DNA of 62,010 nt from Holophagales bacterium UBA2201 (GCA_002327305.1 DCUZ01000065.1:1-62010), one strand, 5' to 3'. Counted from the stretch's first letter, positions 8,873 to 18,049 are shown. Translations and numbers: made by a program. Notes: generated by a model not told the origin, from the letters alone.

Positions 8873-10354
8873 ATGGCCCACGACCAGCTTCTTGAAAGTC
8901 TCCTTCTGGCCCTGGAGATCCCCGCCGTCTGGCTCCTGGAGCCGCGCAACGCCCAGCTGTGCCGCGTCCACCCCACCAACCCGGTTCTCAAGATCGAGTG
9001 GGAACCCTTCTACGCCTCCATCCGGGAGGGACAGTTCCTCGAACCGGAGGCCCTCCGCACCTCCTGCTTCTCCAACCATGCCCATTTCCTCCCCAAAGAA
9101 TGCGGCGCCGAGGTGGCCTCCCTCGGCTCACGCTACCTCGTTTTCTTCTCCCCCGCGCCCCTCCCGCGGGGCCACCTCCGTGCCGTCAAGGACTACTTCG
9201 CCGCGATGGAGGAGCACCAGACCCTCCGGACCTCCTTCGAGGAGCACCGCCTCGTCAACGACACGGTCCTCAACCTCCATCGCCTCTTCCTCGGCAAGTT
9301 CAACATCCGCGAACTGCTCCTTCGCGTCCTGGAGTACGTCAAGGACAAACTGGGGTACTCCAATTGCGCCATCCTCCTCCTCGATTCCGAGCGCAAGGCC
9401 CTCCGCATCCTCGCCGCCATCAACTACCTCGACGACGTGGTCCGCGACATCCGCATCCCCCTGGGCAAGGGGATCACCGGGTGGGCCGTCCTGCATGACG
9501 AGGTGGTCTTCGTCCCCGACACCCACGCCGACCCCCGGTACATCCCCGGCGCCCACGACATCCGGAGCGAGTTGGCCATCCCCCTGAAGGCGGGGACGCA
9601 GGTGATCGGGGTCCTGGACGTGGAGTCCGGCGTCCCCAATTTTTTCAAGAAGGCCGACCTGCGCATCCTGGAACCCCTCGCGGCCATCGTCGCCATCGCG
9701 GTGGAGAACGCCCGCCTCTACACGGAACTGAAGGAGACCCACGCCGACCTGGCCGATTCCTTCTTCCAGAGCGTCGAGGCCCTCGCCGAGGCGGTGGAGG
9801 CCAAGGACGCCTTCACCCACGGCCACATCCAGCGCTCCGCCTACTGGGGCATCACCCTGGCCCGCCTCCTCAACCTGGACGAGCGGCGGACGGAGAACGT
9901 GCGCCTGGCCAGCATCCTGCACGACGTGGGGAAGATCGGCGTCCCCGAGGCGATCCTCCTCAAGCCCGGAAAACTGACGCCCGAGGAGCGCATCGAGATC
10001 GAGAAGCACGTGGAGATCGGGGCGCAGATCCTCCAGCGCATCCGCCGCCTCCACGAGATCGTCCCCATCGTCATGGCCCACCAGGAGCGGTGGGACGGGG
10101 TCACCGAGGGGCCCTTCCACGGCTACCCCCGGGGATTGCAGGGGGAGGATATCCCCCTGGAGGCGCGCATCATCACCGTGGTGGACGCCTTCGACGCCAT
10201 GGTCAGCGACCGCCCCTACCGCAAGCGCCTCGGCTACGACAAGGCCATCCAGCGCCTGGAGGAGGAGAAGGGCCGGCAGTTCGACCCCCGGGTGGCGGGG
10301 ATCTTCGTCAATTGGCTCAGGGAGAACCGGAAACCCAGGGACCCGGACAAATAA
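8873..10354 (+). CDS. GAF domain-containing HD-GYP phosphodiesterase
   Basis: HDVGKIGVP and HQERWDG...GYPRGL motifs. A GAF-like region precedes them. Confidence 0.85.
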   Translation: MAHDQLLESLLLALEIPAVWLLEPRNAQLCRVHPTNPVLKIEWEPFYASIREGQFLEPEALRTSCFSNHAHFLPKECGAEVASLGSRYLVFFSPAPLPRGHLRAVKDYFAAMEEHQTLRTSFEEHRLVNDTVLNLHRLFLGKFNIRELLLRVLEYVKDKLGYSNCAILLLDSERKALRILAAINYLDDVVRDIRIPLGKGITGWAVLHDEVVFVPDTHADPRYIPGAHDIRSELAIPLKAGTQVIGVLDVESGVPNFFKKADLRILEPLAAIVAIAVENARLYTELKETHADLADSFFQSVEALAEAVEAKDAFTHGHIQRSAYWGITLARLLNLDERRTENVRLASILHDVGKIGVPEAILLKPGKLTPEERIEIEKHVEIGAQILQRIRRLHEIVPIVMAHQERWDGVTEGPFHGYPRGLQGEDIPLEARIITVVDAFDAMVSDRPYRKRLGYDKAIQRLEEEKGRQFDPRVAGIFVNWLRENRKPRDPDK

Positions 10355-10396
10355 GGCAACAGGCGGAAGGCGGAAGGCATCAGGCTGAAGGCATAA
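10355..10396. repeat. Heptamer tandem array GGCNNAA x6 (ggcaaca ggcggaa ggcggaa ggcatca ggctgaa ggcataa)
   Basis: Begins at the nucleotide after the TAA stop (10352-10354). Confidence 0.8.
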
Positions 10397-10429
10397 GAAA
10401 GACCAGAGCCAAGAGGGCGTCTATAGAGT

Positions 10430-10517
10430 CATTGAGTCGTTGGGTCGTTGGGTCGTTGGGTCATTGGGTCGTTGGGTCATTGGGTCGTTGGGTCATTGGG
10501 TCGTTGGGTCGTTGAGT
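10430..10517. repeat. 8-mer tandem array CRTTGGGT x11
   Basis: Eleven contiguous units, with the first and last reading ..TTGAGT. Counted unit by unit. Confidence 0.9.
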
Positions 10518-10530
10518 CAAATCCTCGATT

Positions 10531-10579
10531 GACCCGATAGACTCTATAGACCCGACAGACCCAATAGACCTGATAGACC
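10531..10579. repeat. 9-mer tandem array GACCYRAYA x5.4, GACCC core inverted relative to the 8-mer array
   Basis: gacccgata gactctata gacccgaca gacccaata gacctgata gacc. A 10-bp inverted repeat ctatagagtc (10421-10430) / gactctatag (10540-10549) brackets the 8-mer array. Confidence 0.8.
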
Positions 10580-10613
10580 GGGCGGTCGGAAGTACCTTCC
10601 CGCCTTCCAGCGC

Positions 10614-11375
10614 TTAGCGTTCCCGCGGAAGGAGCCCGCACGCATTCGCGTATATCTTCCCGGCGAGCGCCTCCACGGAGAGCCCGTGCCCCCGCGCCAG
10701 CGCCTCGGCCACCGCGGGGACCTGCCCCGGCTCGGCGGGGACGCCGGAGAAGGGAACGGGGGCGTCGCTCTCCAGGACGAGGCGTTGAAGGGGGATCGAG
10801 CACGCCACGCGGAGGGTCTCATCGGAGTAAAGGACGGCGGGACCGGCGGATACGGACACCCCCGCCCCTGCGGCGCGGGCGATCAGTTTGCTCGAATGGG
10901 TGAACCAATGGAGCAATGCGGGAAGGCCCGCGTCGGTCCGGAACCTCTGGGCCGCCTCCAGCACCTCCCTCTGGGCCCGCCGGGAATGGAGGTTGACCCC
11001 CAGCCCCGTTCCGGCGGCCATGGCCAACTGCTCCCGCAGGACCGCCCTCTGGGCCTCCCGCGCCTCCTCCGTTGCCGCGTACTTGAAGTCCAGCCCCGCC
11101 TCCCCCACCATGTCGGCTTCCGCCAGGTGGGCCGACATGAAAGCGAGCGCCCCACCCACCCCCTCCGGCCGCAGGGTCACCTCGGCCGGATGCAGCCCCA
11201 GGCCGGCGCGGATGAAGTCCGGGTGACGCTCCTTCAGCCGGAGGGTCTTCTCCATGGTGGCCCGGTCCTCGGAGACGCACAGGGCCCAGGCGAGCCCGGC
11301 GTCCCTCCACCGCGCGATCTCCTCCTCCAGGCGGGGCCGGTCGTACAGGTGGCAGTGGGCGTCGGCAAACGGCAT
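10614..11375 (-). CDS. TatD family metal-dependent hydrolase
   Basis: Starts MPFADAHCHLYD (HxH motif). The track ORF is N-terminally over-extended. Confidence 0.8.
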   Translation of the reverse strand: MPFADAHCHLYDRPRLEEEIARWRDAGLAWALCVSEDRATMEKTLRLKERHPDFIRAGLGLHPAEVTLRPEGVGGALAFMSAHLAEADMVGEAGLDFKYAATEEAREAQRAVLREQLAMAAGTGLGVNLHSRRAQREVLEAAQRFRTDAGLPALLHWFTHSSKLIARAAGAGVSVSAGPAVLYSDETLRVACSIPLQRLVLESDAPVPFSGVPAEPGQVPAVAEALARGHGLSVEALAGKIYANACGLLPRER

Positions 11376-11392
11376 GGCCGGCGGGGGAACGG

Positions 11393-12088
11393 TCAGCGCC
11401 ACGAGAAGGGGCGCCGCCGGCGCCGACCCACGAGGAACCCCGCCGCCAGCCCCGCGGCGAACCCCCCGATGTGGGCCCACCACGCCACGCCCCCCTGCTG
11501 GTAGGTTTGGGTGTCGGCCAGACTGAGGGTCCCCGAGAAGAACTGGAGGAGGAACCAGAATCCCAGGTAAAAGAGGGCGGGGATCTCCACGAACTGGATG
11601 AAGATGAAGAGGGGGATGAGCGTGAGCACCCGGGCGTGGGGGAACCAGACGACATAGGCCCCCATCACCCCCGCGATGGCTCCCGAGGCCCCGATGGACG
11701 GCAGGGGCGACCCGGGATTGAGGAGGGCATGCGCCGCCCCCGCCGCGAGCCCGGCGCCGAGATAGAAGAAGAGGTAGCGGAAATGCCCCAGCCGGTCCTC
11801 CACGTTGTCCCCGAAGATCCAGAGCGAAAGCATGTTCCCCCCGAGGTGGAGGAACCCGCCGTGGAGGAATTGGGAGGTGAGGAAGGGCAGGTAGAGGCCG
11901 GGGTCGTAGAAATGGGAGGGCAAATCGGAGAAGAATTGGCGCGGAACGACCCCGAAGGCGTAAAAGAACCCCTCCAGCCGGTGCCCCAGGAGGAGTTGAT
12001 AGACGAAAACGGCCAGGTTTATCGCGATGAGGGCGTAATTGACGAACGGGACGGTGCTCGACGGGTTGTTGTCGCGCAGGGGGATCAT
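11393..12088 (-). CDS. Rhomboid family intramembrane serine protease
   Basis: Multi-TM protein with GASGAIAG (GxSG) and downstream H residues. Start at MIPLRDN. Confidence 0.85.
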   Translation of the reverse strand: MIPLRDNNPSSTVPFVNYALIAINLAVFVYQLLLGHRLEGFFYAFGVVPRQFFSDLPSHFYDPGLYLPFLTSQFLHGGFLHLGGNMLSLWIFGDNVEDRLGHFRYLFFYLGAGLAAGAAHALLNPGSPLPSIGASGAIAGVMGAYVVWFPHARVLTLIPLFIFIQFVEIPALFYLGFWFLLQFFSGTLSLADTQTYQQGGVAWWAHIGGFAAGLAAGFLVGRRRRRPFSWR

Positions 12089-12249
12089 TCCGCAGCTCCC
12101 GCCGCGACCCATTGGAAGCGGGAAGTGGGCCCGCCCGGCCCCACCCTCACCCCGCAACGGTGCCTGCCCGCCCGCGCCGCGATGCACCTATTTCGCAAAG
12201 ATTGACACGCCGGGGCGTGGAAGGTTGGAAGAAAAAACATACGGGGGGA

Positions 12250-13539
12250 TCAGATCTCCCGAAGGGGCATCCCCAGAGCCTTCAGGCGGCCCCTGACCGC
12301 CGGGGCCCCCACCACGACCAGGACGGCGCGGGAGCGGTCGAAGGGGGTCCGGGGGACGCGCCGGAAGTCGAAACCGGGGGCGCGGTCCAGAAAGTCGAGA
12401 TACCGCCGGAAGTAGTCCGGCCCCAGCCACAGGGCCTCACGCTCGACGACGCGGTGGAGATACAGGGAGGGGCTGTCGAGCGCGTAATGGAAGCTGCCGG
12501 ACAGGTATCCGGCGGCGTCGGTCACCTCTTTGGGATCGAAGGCGGCGGCGGTCATGCCGTCGAGTTCGCCGAACATCTCCCGCAGGGCCGGGACCGTGAC
12601 CCCCGTGGCCACGGCGGCGGAGACGCAGAAGCAGGAGATGGCGCGCCTCTCCTGCAAAAACGAACGCGCGGCGTAGGTGTACCCGTGGGTCTCGCGCAGG
12701 TTGAGATTGAGCCGGGAGGTGAATTTGCCCCCGAGGATGGTGTTCAGCAGGAGGAACGGGAACCACTCGGCGCCCCCGGGCGCGGGCCCCGGCGTTCCCA
12801 GCCGGAGTTCCGATTGGACGGCCCCGGGCCAGGGATGGAAATAGAGGCCCGGCTCGGCGGGGGTGACGGCCGCCAGCGGGGACCGGGGGGACCGGGCGGC
12901 GGGAAACCGCCCCATGAGGACCCCAAGAGCCTCCTTCTCGCTCCGGCCCAGCCTGCCGCAGACGACCGCTTCGACCCCGGCGCGAAGGAGCGCATTCCCC
13001 CGCGATTTCACCTCGCCGAGTTCGGCCGAACGGACGGACTCCGGCGTGCCCTTGGTCGGACGGGCCTGGGGGGTGCCGCGCAGCAGGAGGGCGTTGAGAT
13101 GCTTGGCGGCGGTCTCCCTGGGGTCCTTGAGCTCCTTTTCCAGAAATGCGGCGGTCTGGTCCCTCAGCCGTTCGAAATCGACGGCGCGGAACCCGGCCTC
13201 GAAAACCAGTTCGCCGATCAGGGGGAGGGCCCGGACGAACAGTTCACGGGGCAGGGAGAACCGCAGGATGGAGACCTCGTGGCGCACCTCGGCCGAATAG
13301 TGCGCCCCCAGCCCCTCCAGGGCCGTGGCAAGGGCCAGGGCGTCGCGGCCCCGGGTCCCCTCGAGAAGCATCCGGGCCGCCAGATTGGTGATCCCGGCCC
13401 GCCCCTCGGGATCGCCCTGGGCCCCATCCCGGAAAATAAGGGCCAGATGGAGGGCCCGGGCGAAGGGCATCTCCACCGTCCTGAGGGCGACGCCCCGCTT
13501 GACGGTTTCCCGGCGCTCGGCGGGGAGAGACGGCCTCAT
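12250..13539 (-). CDS. M16 family peptidase, non-catalytic-type subunit
   Basis: Insulinase-like sequence lacking HxxEH. ATGA overlap with the upstream M16 gene. Confidence 0.75.
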   Translation of the reverse strand: MRPSLPAERRETVKRGVALRTVEMPFARALHLALIFRDGAQGDPEGRAGITNLAARMLLEGTRGRDALALATALEGLGAHYSAEVRHEVSILRFSLPRELFVRALPLIGELVFEAGFRAVDFERLRDQTAAFLEKELKDPRETAAKHLNALLLRGTPQARPTKGTPESVRSAELGEVKSRGNALLRAGVEAVVCGRLGRSEKEALGVLMGRFPAARSPRSPLAAVTPAEPGLYFHPWPGAVQSELRLGTPGPAPGGAEWFPFLLLNTILGGKFTSRLNLNLRETHGYTYAARSFLQERRAISCFCVSAAVATGVTVPALREMFGELDGMTAAAFDPKEVTDAAGYLSGSFHYALDSPSLYLHRVVEREALWLGPDYFRRYLDFLDRAPGFDFRRVPRTPFDRSRAVLVVVGAPAVRGRLKALGMPLREI

Positions 13540-14783
13540 GGCCGCGGCACGAACCCCAGGAGGAAACGGGGCTGTTCGAGGGCGCGGCGCAGATAGGCCT
13601 GGAGGCTGTCCCGGCTCACCCGCTCCCGCCCTTCCCTTTGCTCCAGCGCCGCCCCCGGATCGTCGAAGCGGATGGAGGCCTCGGAGAGGAGATCGGCCCG
13701 CTGGGTCAGGCTTTCCTCCTGCAGAACGGCGGCGGCCAGGTTGAGGTGGCGGGCCCTCCTGGTCTCCGGCGCCTCCAGCGGCCGCCTCCCGGCCCCTTCC
13801 AGGGTCCGCAGGAAGGCGGTTCGCAGGACCTTGAGGGAGACGCCGGGCTGGCCCGTGACGCAGAGGACGAGGGAGGAGACCCCCTCCGCGGGGAGGAACC
13901 AGGCCGAGGCGGCCGAGGCCGTCCGCCCCTCCATCACCAGTTCCCGGTAGAGGAGCGATCCCCTGCCGTCCCCGAGGAAATAGGCCGCGGCCTCGGCGTC
14001 GTGGTAGGCGGCCTCGCCGGGGGCCGGCGCGTGGATGAGGAGATAGAGGCGCGGCAGGGCCACGCTGTCCCGGACCACCGCTTCGGCCCCGCTCGCGGGA
14101 CGCGCCCCGGGAACGGGCCGCGGCTTCGGCCGCTTTCCGCCTGGAATGGGCCCGAAATAGCGCTCCACGAGGGCGCGCGCCCTCCGGGGCTCAAACCCGC
14201 CCGCGATGGTGAGGACGGCGTTGGAGGGGGTGTAGTGGGACCGGAAAAAGGCCTCCACGTCGGCCAGGGTGGCGTTGTCCAGGTCCTCCATATAGCCGAT
14301 GACGGGATGGTGGTAGGGGTGCCCCGCCGGAAAGGCCATTTCATAGAGCTTTTCGTCCCAGGCGCCGTAGGGGCGGTTGTCCACCCGCCACCGCCGCTCG
14401 TTTTTGACCACCTCGCGCTGGCCGTCCAGCTTTTTCTGCTCCAGGGTGTCCAGGAGATACCCCATCCGGTTGCTCTCCAAAAACAGCGCCAGCTCCAGGT
14501 GCTTGGGATCGAGGGTCTCGTAATAGTTGGTGTGGTCCAGCCAGGTGGAGCCGTTGGCCACCCCCCCCACCCGTTCCAGCATGAGGAAGTGCTCGTTGTC
14601 CCGGACGTCACGGCTCCCCTCGAACATCAGATGCTCGAACAGGTGGGCGAACCCGGTGTGGCCGGGCCGCTCGTCCTTGCTCCCCACCGCGTACCAGAGG
14701 TTCACGGCCGCGAGCGGGACCCCTTTGCGCGGGGCGAGCACCACCCGCAGGCCGTTGGGGAGCGTGAAGGGGGAGAGGCCCAT
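13536..14783 (-). CDS. M16 family zinc peptidase (pitrilysin/insulinase-like)
   Basis: HLFEHLMFEGS (HxxEH) near the N-terminus. Real start is MGLSPFTLPNG at 14783. The track ORF to 16094 is a read-through artefact. Confidence 0.85.
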   Translation of the reverse strand: MGLSPFTLPNGLRVVLAPRKGVPLAAVNLWYAVGSKDERPGHTGFAHLFEHLMFEGSRDVRDNEHFLMLERVGGVANGSTWLDHTNYYETLDPKHLELALFLESNRMGYLLDTLEQKKLDGQREVVKNERRWRVDNRPYGAWDEKLYEMAFPAGHPYHHPVIGYMEDLDNATLADVEAFFRSHYTPSNAVLTIAGGFEPRRARALVERYFGPIPGGKRPKPRPVPGARPASGAEAVVRDSVALPRLYLLIHAPAPGEAAYHDAEAAAYFLGDGRGSLLYRELVMEGRTASAASAWFLPAEGVSSLVLCVTGQPGVSLKVLRTAFLRTLEGAGRRPLEAPETRRARHLNLAAAVLQEESLTQRADLLSEASIRFDDPGAALEQREGRERVSRDSLQAYLRRALEQPRFLLGFVPRP

Positions 14784-14800
14784 GGAAGCGGCCGCGTCCC

Positions 14801-15655
14801 CTACATCTGGAAGCGGTCGAGGAGGCCGTCGAGGGTGGCCTTCCCTTTGGCCGCGGCCTTGCCCGCGATGGCGTCGAACTTGTCCCCGAGCGTGGGCTCC
14901 TGCGATTCGTAGAAGATCCCCAGCCACAGTTTCTCCGGGTCCTCGGCGTACTTGTAGGCCGCCAACTTGTCCTTGGGGTCGTACCCCTCCGGGAGCGGCG
15001 GGGTGATCTCCCGCAGGATGGAGAACTGCTCGCGTCCACGGTAGGTGACGCATGGCGAGAGGATCTGCAGGAATGAAAACCCCCGGTGCTGGATGCCGGC
15101 GACGATGGTCTCGGTGAGGTGCTGGATGTTGCCCGAGAAGCACCGCGCGACGAAGGTGGCGTTGTAGGCCAGGGCCAGGGCCAGCGGATTGGCGGGGTTC
15201 TCGGGATTGCCGAAGTAGGACGACTTGGTCTTGAACTCGTGGGGGGTGGTGGGGCTGGTCTGCCCCTTGGTGAGCCCGTAGATGCCGTTGTCCATCATCA
15301 GGACCGTGAGGTCCGAGTTGCGCTTGGCGGTGTGGGCGAAGTGGCCGGCGCCGATGGCCGCGCAGTCGCCGTCCCCGGTGGCCACGATGACCGACAGGTC
15401 GGGATTGGCCGACTTGACCCCCTCCGCGATGGGGAGGGCGCGCCCGTGGATGCTGTTGAACCCGTAGGTCTTGGTGTACCCGGGGATGCGGCTGCTGCAC
15501 CCGATGCCGGAGATGAAGCAGGTCCGGTGGGGTTCCTTCCGGAGCTTGGCCAGGGCCTGGTAGATGCCGTTCAGGACGCCGAAATGGCCGCATCCGGGGC
15601 ACCAGATGGGGTTCAGGTGGCTCTTGTAGTCCTGCCAGCGGACGGCCTCGCTCAT
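14801..15655 (-). CDS. korB: 2-oxoacid:ferredoxin oxidoreductase beta subunit (TPP-binding)
   Basis: WCPGCGHFG motif. ATGA overlap with the alpha subunit gene. Confidence 0.85.
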   Translation of the reverse strand: MSEAVRWQDYKSHLNPIWCPGCGHFGVLNGIYQALAKLRKEPHRTCFISGIGCSSRIPGYTKTYGFNSIHGRALPIAEGVKSANPDLSVIVATGDGDCAAIGAGHFAHTAKRNSDLTVLMMDNGIYGLTKGQTSPTTPHEFKTKSSYFGNPENPANPLALALAYNATFVARCFSGNIQHLTETIVAGIQHRGFSFLQILSPCVTYRGREQFSILREITPPLPEGYDPKDKLAAYKYAEDPEKLWLGIFYESQEPTLGDKFDAIAGKAAAKGKATLDGLLDRFQM

Positions 15656-17406
15656 TTGCACACCTCCTTGAGGGAATCGTAGATCTCCTGGGCCCTGAGG
15701 GCCCTCCCCCCCGCATGGGCGTAGGAATGGATCTGCTGTTTCCCGGGCTGGTAGTAGGTTTTGATGAATTTGGAGAACTGCTGGTTCCAACTCGATTCGA
15801 AAACGACGAACTTCTCCATCGGCTGGACATAGGCGTCGAACTGGCCGTAGTTGGGGGGATAGATGATCTGGGGCACCACCGCCTTGACCTTGGCCCCCTC
15901 GGCGTTGAGCCGCTCCACCGCCTCGCGCACCGCCCCTTTGGTGGAACCCCAGGCCACGGCGCCCACCTTGGCGTCCTCGGGGCCGTAGTGGCGGATGTAC
16001 TGCAGTTCCTTGCGCACCTCGTTGAACTTGCGGAAGCGCTTGACGATGGTCCGCTCGTGCACCTCGAAGTTGGAGGAGGGGTCTCCCCTCTCATCGTGGG
16101 TGATGCCCGAGGCCAGATGCATCCCGCCGGGCGTTCCCGGGATGGCCATGGGGGAAATCCCGGAGGGGGTGTCCTTGTACCGGATGTAGTCGATCAGGTC
16201 CTCGGGGGCGGGGAGGAGGCGGGCCGTGGCGGTATGCTCCACCTTGTGGAAGACCTTCCGCGGGATGCTCTCGAACCGGTGCCCCAGGTACTGGTCCGAC
16301 AACACGATGACGGGCATCTGGTAGTGTTCGGCGGCGTAGATGGCCTCGATGGTCGTGTCGAAGCAATCCTGGACGTCGGCCGGGGCGATGACGATCTTGG
16401 GGGCGTCTCCGTGGGTCCCGAAGACGGCCGGAAGGAGGTCGCCCTGCTCCGACTTGGTGGGAAGGCCGGTGGAGGGCCCCCCCCGCTGGACGTCCACGAT
16501 GACGAGGGGGATCTCGCTGATGGAGGCCAGGCCGATCCCCTCCTGCATGAGGGAAAGGCCGGGCCCCGACGTGACGGTGAGGGCCTTGGCCCCGGCGAAG
16601 GAGGCGCCGATGCAGTGGCAGATGGCGCTGATCTCGTCCTCCACCTGGAGCATCCGCGCCCCGAACAGGGGCAGGAATTCGGAAAGCTGGTGCATCACCT
16701 CGGAGGAGGGGGTGATGGGATAGCCGGCGAAGAAGTCGCACCCCCCGTAGATGGTCCCCAAAGCCACCGCGTCGTTGCCGGTCATGACGAGGCAGGGGTC
16801 CTTCCGCGTATAGGCTAAGGCCCCGATGCCCGTCTTGTCCGTGAGGGTGTCCCGGCCGTAGGCCCGGCCGATCTCCAGCGCCTTGAGGTTGGCCTGGACC
16901 ACCGCGTCGCCCTTTTTGGTGAACTTCCGGGTGATGATCTTGACCAGCCCTTCGTACGGGAGGCCGAACAACTCGCAGACCAGCCCCAGGGCGACGATAT
17001 TGACCGCCAGAGGGTTCTTGGCCTCCTCCTTGGCCAGTTTCTGGAAGGGAACGCGCACCACCCGCATCCCCGGCTTCAACGGAATGGGCGGGTTCTCGGA
17101 GAGGGCGTCGTTCTGTTCCAGGATGACGACGGCGTCGTCCTTCAGCTCCAGTTCGGCCTTGAACTTGGGGTACTCTCCCAGGTGGAAGGCGACCAGGACA
17201 TCGAGAAAATCCCCCGGGGTATAGATGGTATGGTCGGCGATCCGCAGCTTGGATGAGCTTTCACCCCCCCGGATCTGGGGTCCGAAGCTCATCGTCGCCA
17301 TGGCGGAGAGCCCCTCGTTGGCGGCGGCCTGGATCAGCATCTCACCGCAGGACACCACTCCGGCCCCCCCCGCTCCCACGAACCCCACACAGATGTCTCG
17401 TTTCAT
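15652..17406 (-). CDS. korA: 2-oxoacid:ferredoxin oxidoreductase alpha subunit with fused gamma-type N-domain
   Basis: N-terminal GAGGAGVVSCGEML gamma-like domain, then the pyruvate-flavodoxin oxidoreductase core. GAGGAGG RBS. Confidence 0.85.
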   Translation of the reverse strand: MKRDICVGFVGAGGAGVVSCGEMLIQAAANEGLSAMATMSFGPQIRGGESSSKLRIADHTIYTPGDFLDVLVAFHLGEYPKFKAELELKDDAVVILEQNDALSENPPIPLKPGMRVVRVPFQKLAKEEAKNPLAVNIVALGLVCELFGLPYEGLVKIITRKFTKKGDAVVQANLKALEIGRAYGRDTLTDKTGIGALAYTRKDPCLVMTGNDAVALGTIYGGCDFFAGYPITPSSEVMHQLSEFLPLFGARMLQVEDEISAICHCIGASFAGAKALTVTSGPGLSLMQEGIGLASISEIPLVIVDVQRGGPSTGLPTKSEQGDLLPAVFGTHGDAPKIVIAPADVQDCFDTTIEAIYAAEHYQMPVIVLSDQYLGHRFESIPRKVFHKVEHTATARLLPAPEDLIDYIRYKDTPSGISPMAIPGTPGGMHLASGITHDERGDPSSNFEVHERTIVKRFRKFNEVRKELQYIRHYGPEDAKVGAVAWGSTKGAVREAVERLNAEGAKVKAVVPQIIYPPNYGQFDAYVQPMEKFVVFESSWNQQFSKFIKTYYQPGKQQIHSYAHAGGRALRAQEIYDSLKEVCK

Positions 17407-17438
17407 TCGGTATACCTCCTCTGACGTTGACGCAGGGA

Positions 17439-17467
17439 AATGTACTCCATTTTACGACAATTTTCAA
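17439..17467 (-). promoter_or_regulatory. Candidate sigma70-type promoter for korAB (TTGAAA-17 nt-TACATT)
   Basis: On the minus strand the hexamers are at 17467-17462 and 17444-17439. About 30 nt upstream of the RBS. Confidence 0.35.
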
Positions 17468-17494
17468 GCACGGCGCGCCCGCCCCGGCGGGCGC

Positions 17495-18040
17495 TCACTC
17501 GTCCGCGGCCACGATGAACATGAGCGAGGTTTTTCCGACCGAAAACTCCGACTTGTCCTCCAACTGGGCTTCCGAAATCCGGCGACCGCCCAGGAAGGTT
17601 CCGTTGGTGCTCCCGGCGTCCCTCAGCATCACCTTGCCGTCCTCCCCCACCTCGATCTGGCAGTGCTTGCGCGAGGCCTCGGTGTCCGGCAGGACCAGAT
17701 CCCCGTAAGCCCGGCCGATGACGAAGACGCTTTTGGCGACCTTGATTACCTGGCCGCTCATGGGTCCGGAAAGGACACCGATGGAGAACCGCTTCCCCCT
17801 CAGGCTGATGGCCTGGGCTTGCGCCTCATCCGCCATGGCCTGGACATTCACGACCTTGGTGGTGTCCTTGAGCGAGGGGAGGGGCGCGGCGCCCGAGGGG
17901 CGGTCCACCGTCGCCTCGAGGGGCTCCTCGGCCGGAACGGTGAAGACCTCGGCGCACTTGGGGCACTTCACCTTCTTCCCCCGGAAGCGGGCCTCGTCGA
18001 TTTTGTACTTGGTGCCGCATTTGGCGCAGGCCAGGATCAT
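17495..18040 (-). CDS. MJ0042-type zinc ribbon plus FHA domain protein
   Basis: N-terminal CAKCGTKYKI...CPKCAEVF. C-terminal FHA-like FVIGR...RKHCQI...DAGSTNGTF. Confidence 0.8.
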   Translation of the reverse strand: MILACAKCGTKYKIDEARFRGKKVKCPKCAEVFTVPAEEPLEATVDRPSGAAPLPSLKDTTKVVNVQAMADEAQAQAISLRGKRFSIGVLSGPMSGQVIKVAKSVFVIGRAYGDLVLPDTEASRKHCQIEVGEDGKVMLRDAGSTNGTFLGGRRISEAQLEDKSEFSVGKTSLMFIVAADE

Positions 18041-18049
18041 GTCGCCCTC

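Noticed and set aside
10430-10579. Possible CRISPR array
   Set aside because: Units are 8-9 bp and contiguous with no spacers. No cas genes are in the window. It is a micro-satellite-like structure, not a CRISPR.
13536-16094. 852-aa ORF apparently fusing the M16 peptidase with upstream sequence. The same issue affects 1568-3442, 25967-27649, 34249-35589, 55572-56594, 56336-57157 and 60834-61697.
   Set aside because: The N-terminal portions run through neighbouring genes in another frame. Conserved N-termini, RBSs and stop/start overlaps place the real starts internally (for example 14783).
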